NCBI GenBank assembly: GCA_947479995.1
Contig: CANKBT010000003.1
Span: forward strand, 1-33,150
Length of the DNA stretch: 33,150 bases
Source of the DNA: Frankiaceae bacterium
GTDB taxonomy: Bacteria; Actinomycetota; Actinomycetes; Mycobacteriales; SCTD01
Reading direction: 5' to 3'
Shown piece after piece: positions 33,048-33,150 of this stretch (its first letter is position 1; the number at the start of each line of letters is the position of its first letter). The notes under the pieces were generated by a model. It searched no databases and had not been told where the DNA came from. It was given only the letters and a program-made list of their open reading frames with translations. Both the position numbers and the translations under genes were made by a program.

Positions 33048-33150
33048 CTAGCGGTAGTTGGTGAACTGCAGCGCGAAGTCGAAGTCCTTGGCCTTGAGCA
33101 GGGCGATGACCGCCTGCAGGTCGTCCTTCTTCTTGGCGCTCACCCGCAGC
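33048..33150 (-). CDS. yajQ: YajQ family nucleotide/cyclic-di-GMP-binding protein (3' end only)
   Basis: Hand translation [33 protein letters not shown], the characteristic YajQ C-terminus. Confidence 0.92.
   Translation of the reverse strand, partial: LRVSAKKKDDLQAVIALLKAKDFDFALQFTNYR

Overview
Very GC-rich actinobacterial-type chromosomal segment built around menaquinone-based respiration. It holds the classical menaquinone pathway genes (menD partial, menC, divergent menB-menE-menA, later menG and menJ), a complete 14-gene nuoA-N complex I operon preceded by a near-perfect Rex operator, a polyprenyl diphosphate synthase, a small GNAT gene and the 3' end of yajQ. Between menA and menG lie two extra units. 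The first is a minus-strand three-gene operon whose first gene the ORF track mis-starts: a 74-aa Asp-rich peptide containing a duplicated 27-aa unit, an Fe(II)/2-oxoglutarate JmjC (ROX/YcfD-like) oxygenase, and a thioredoxin-like 'sucrase/ferredoxin' Fe-S protein with a variant ligand motif. The second is a divergent Dpp/Opp-type ABC importer, with five 11-bp tandem repeats in the shared intergenic region. The peptide-oxygenase-ferredoxin operon has the layout of an uncharacterised RiPP-like peptide-modification system and is the main candidate novelty. A four-copy 47-bp palindromic repeat array lies near the right end. All family assignments come from motif recognition by eye; no database searches were run.
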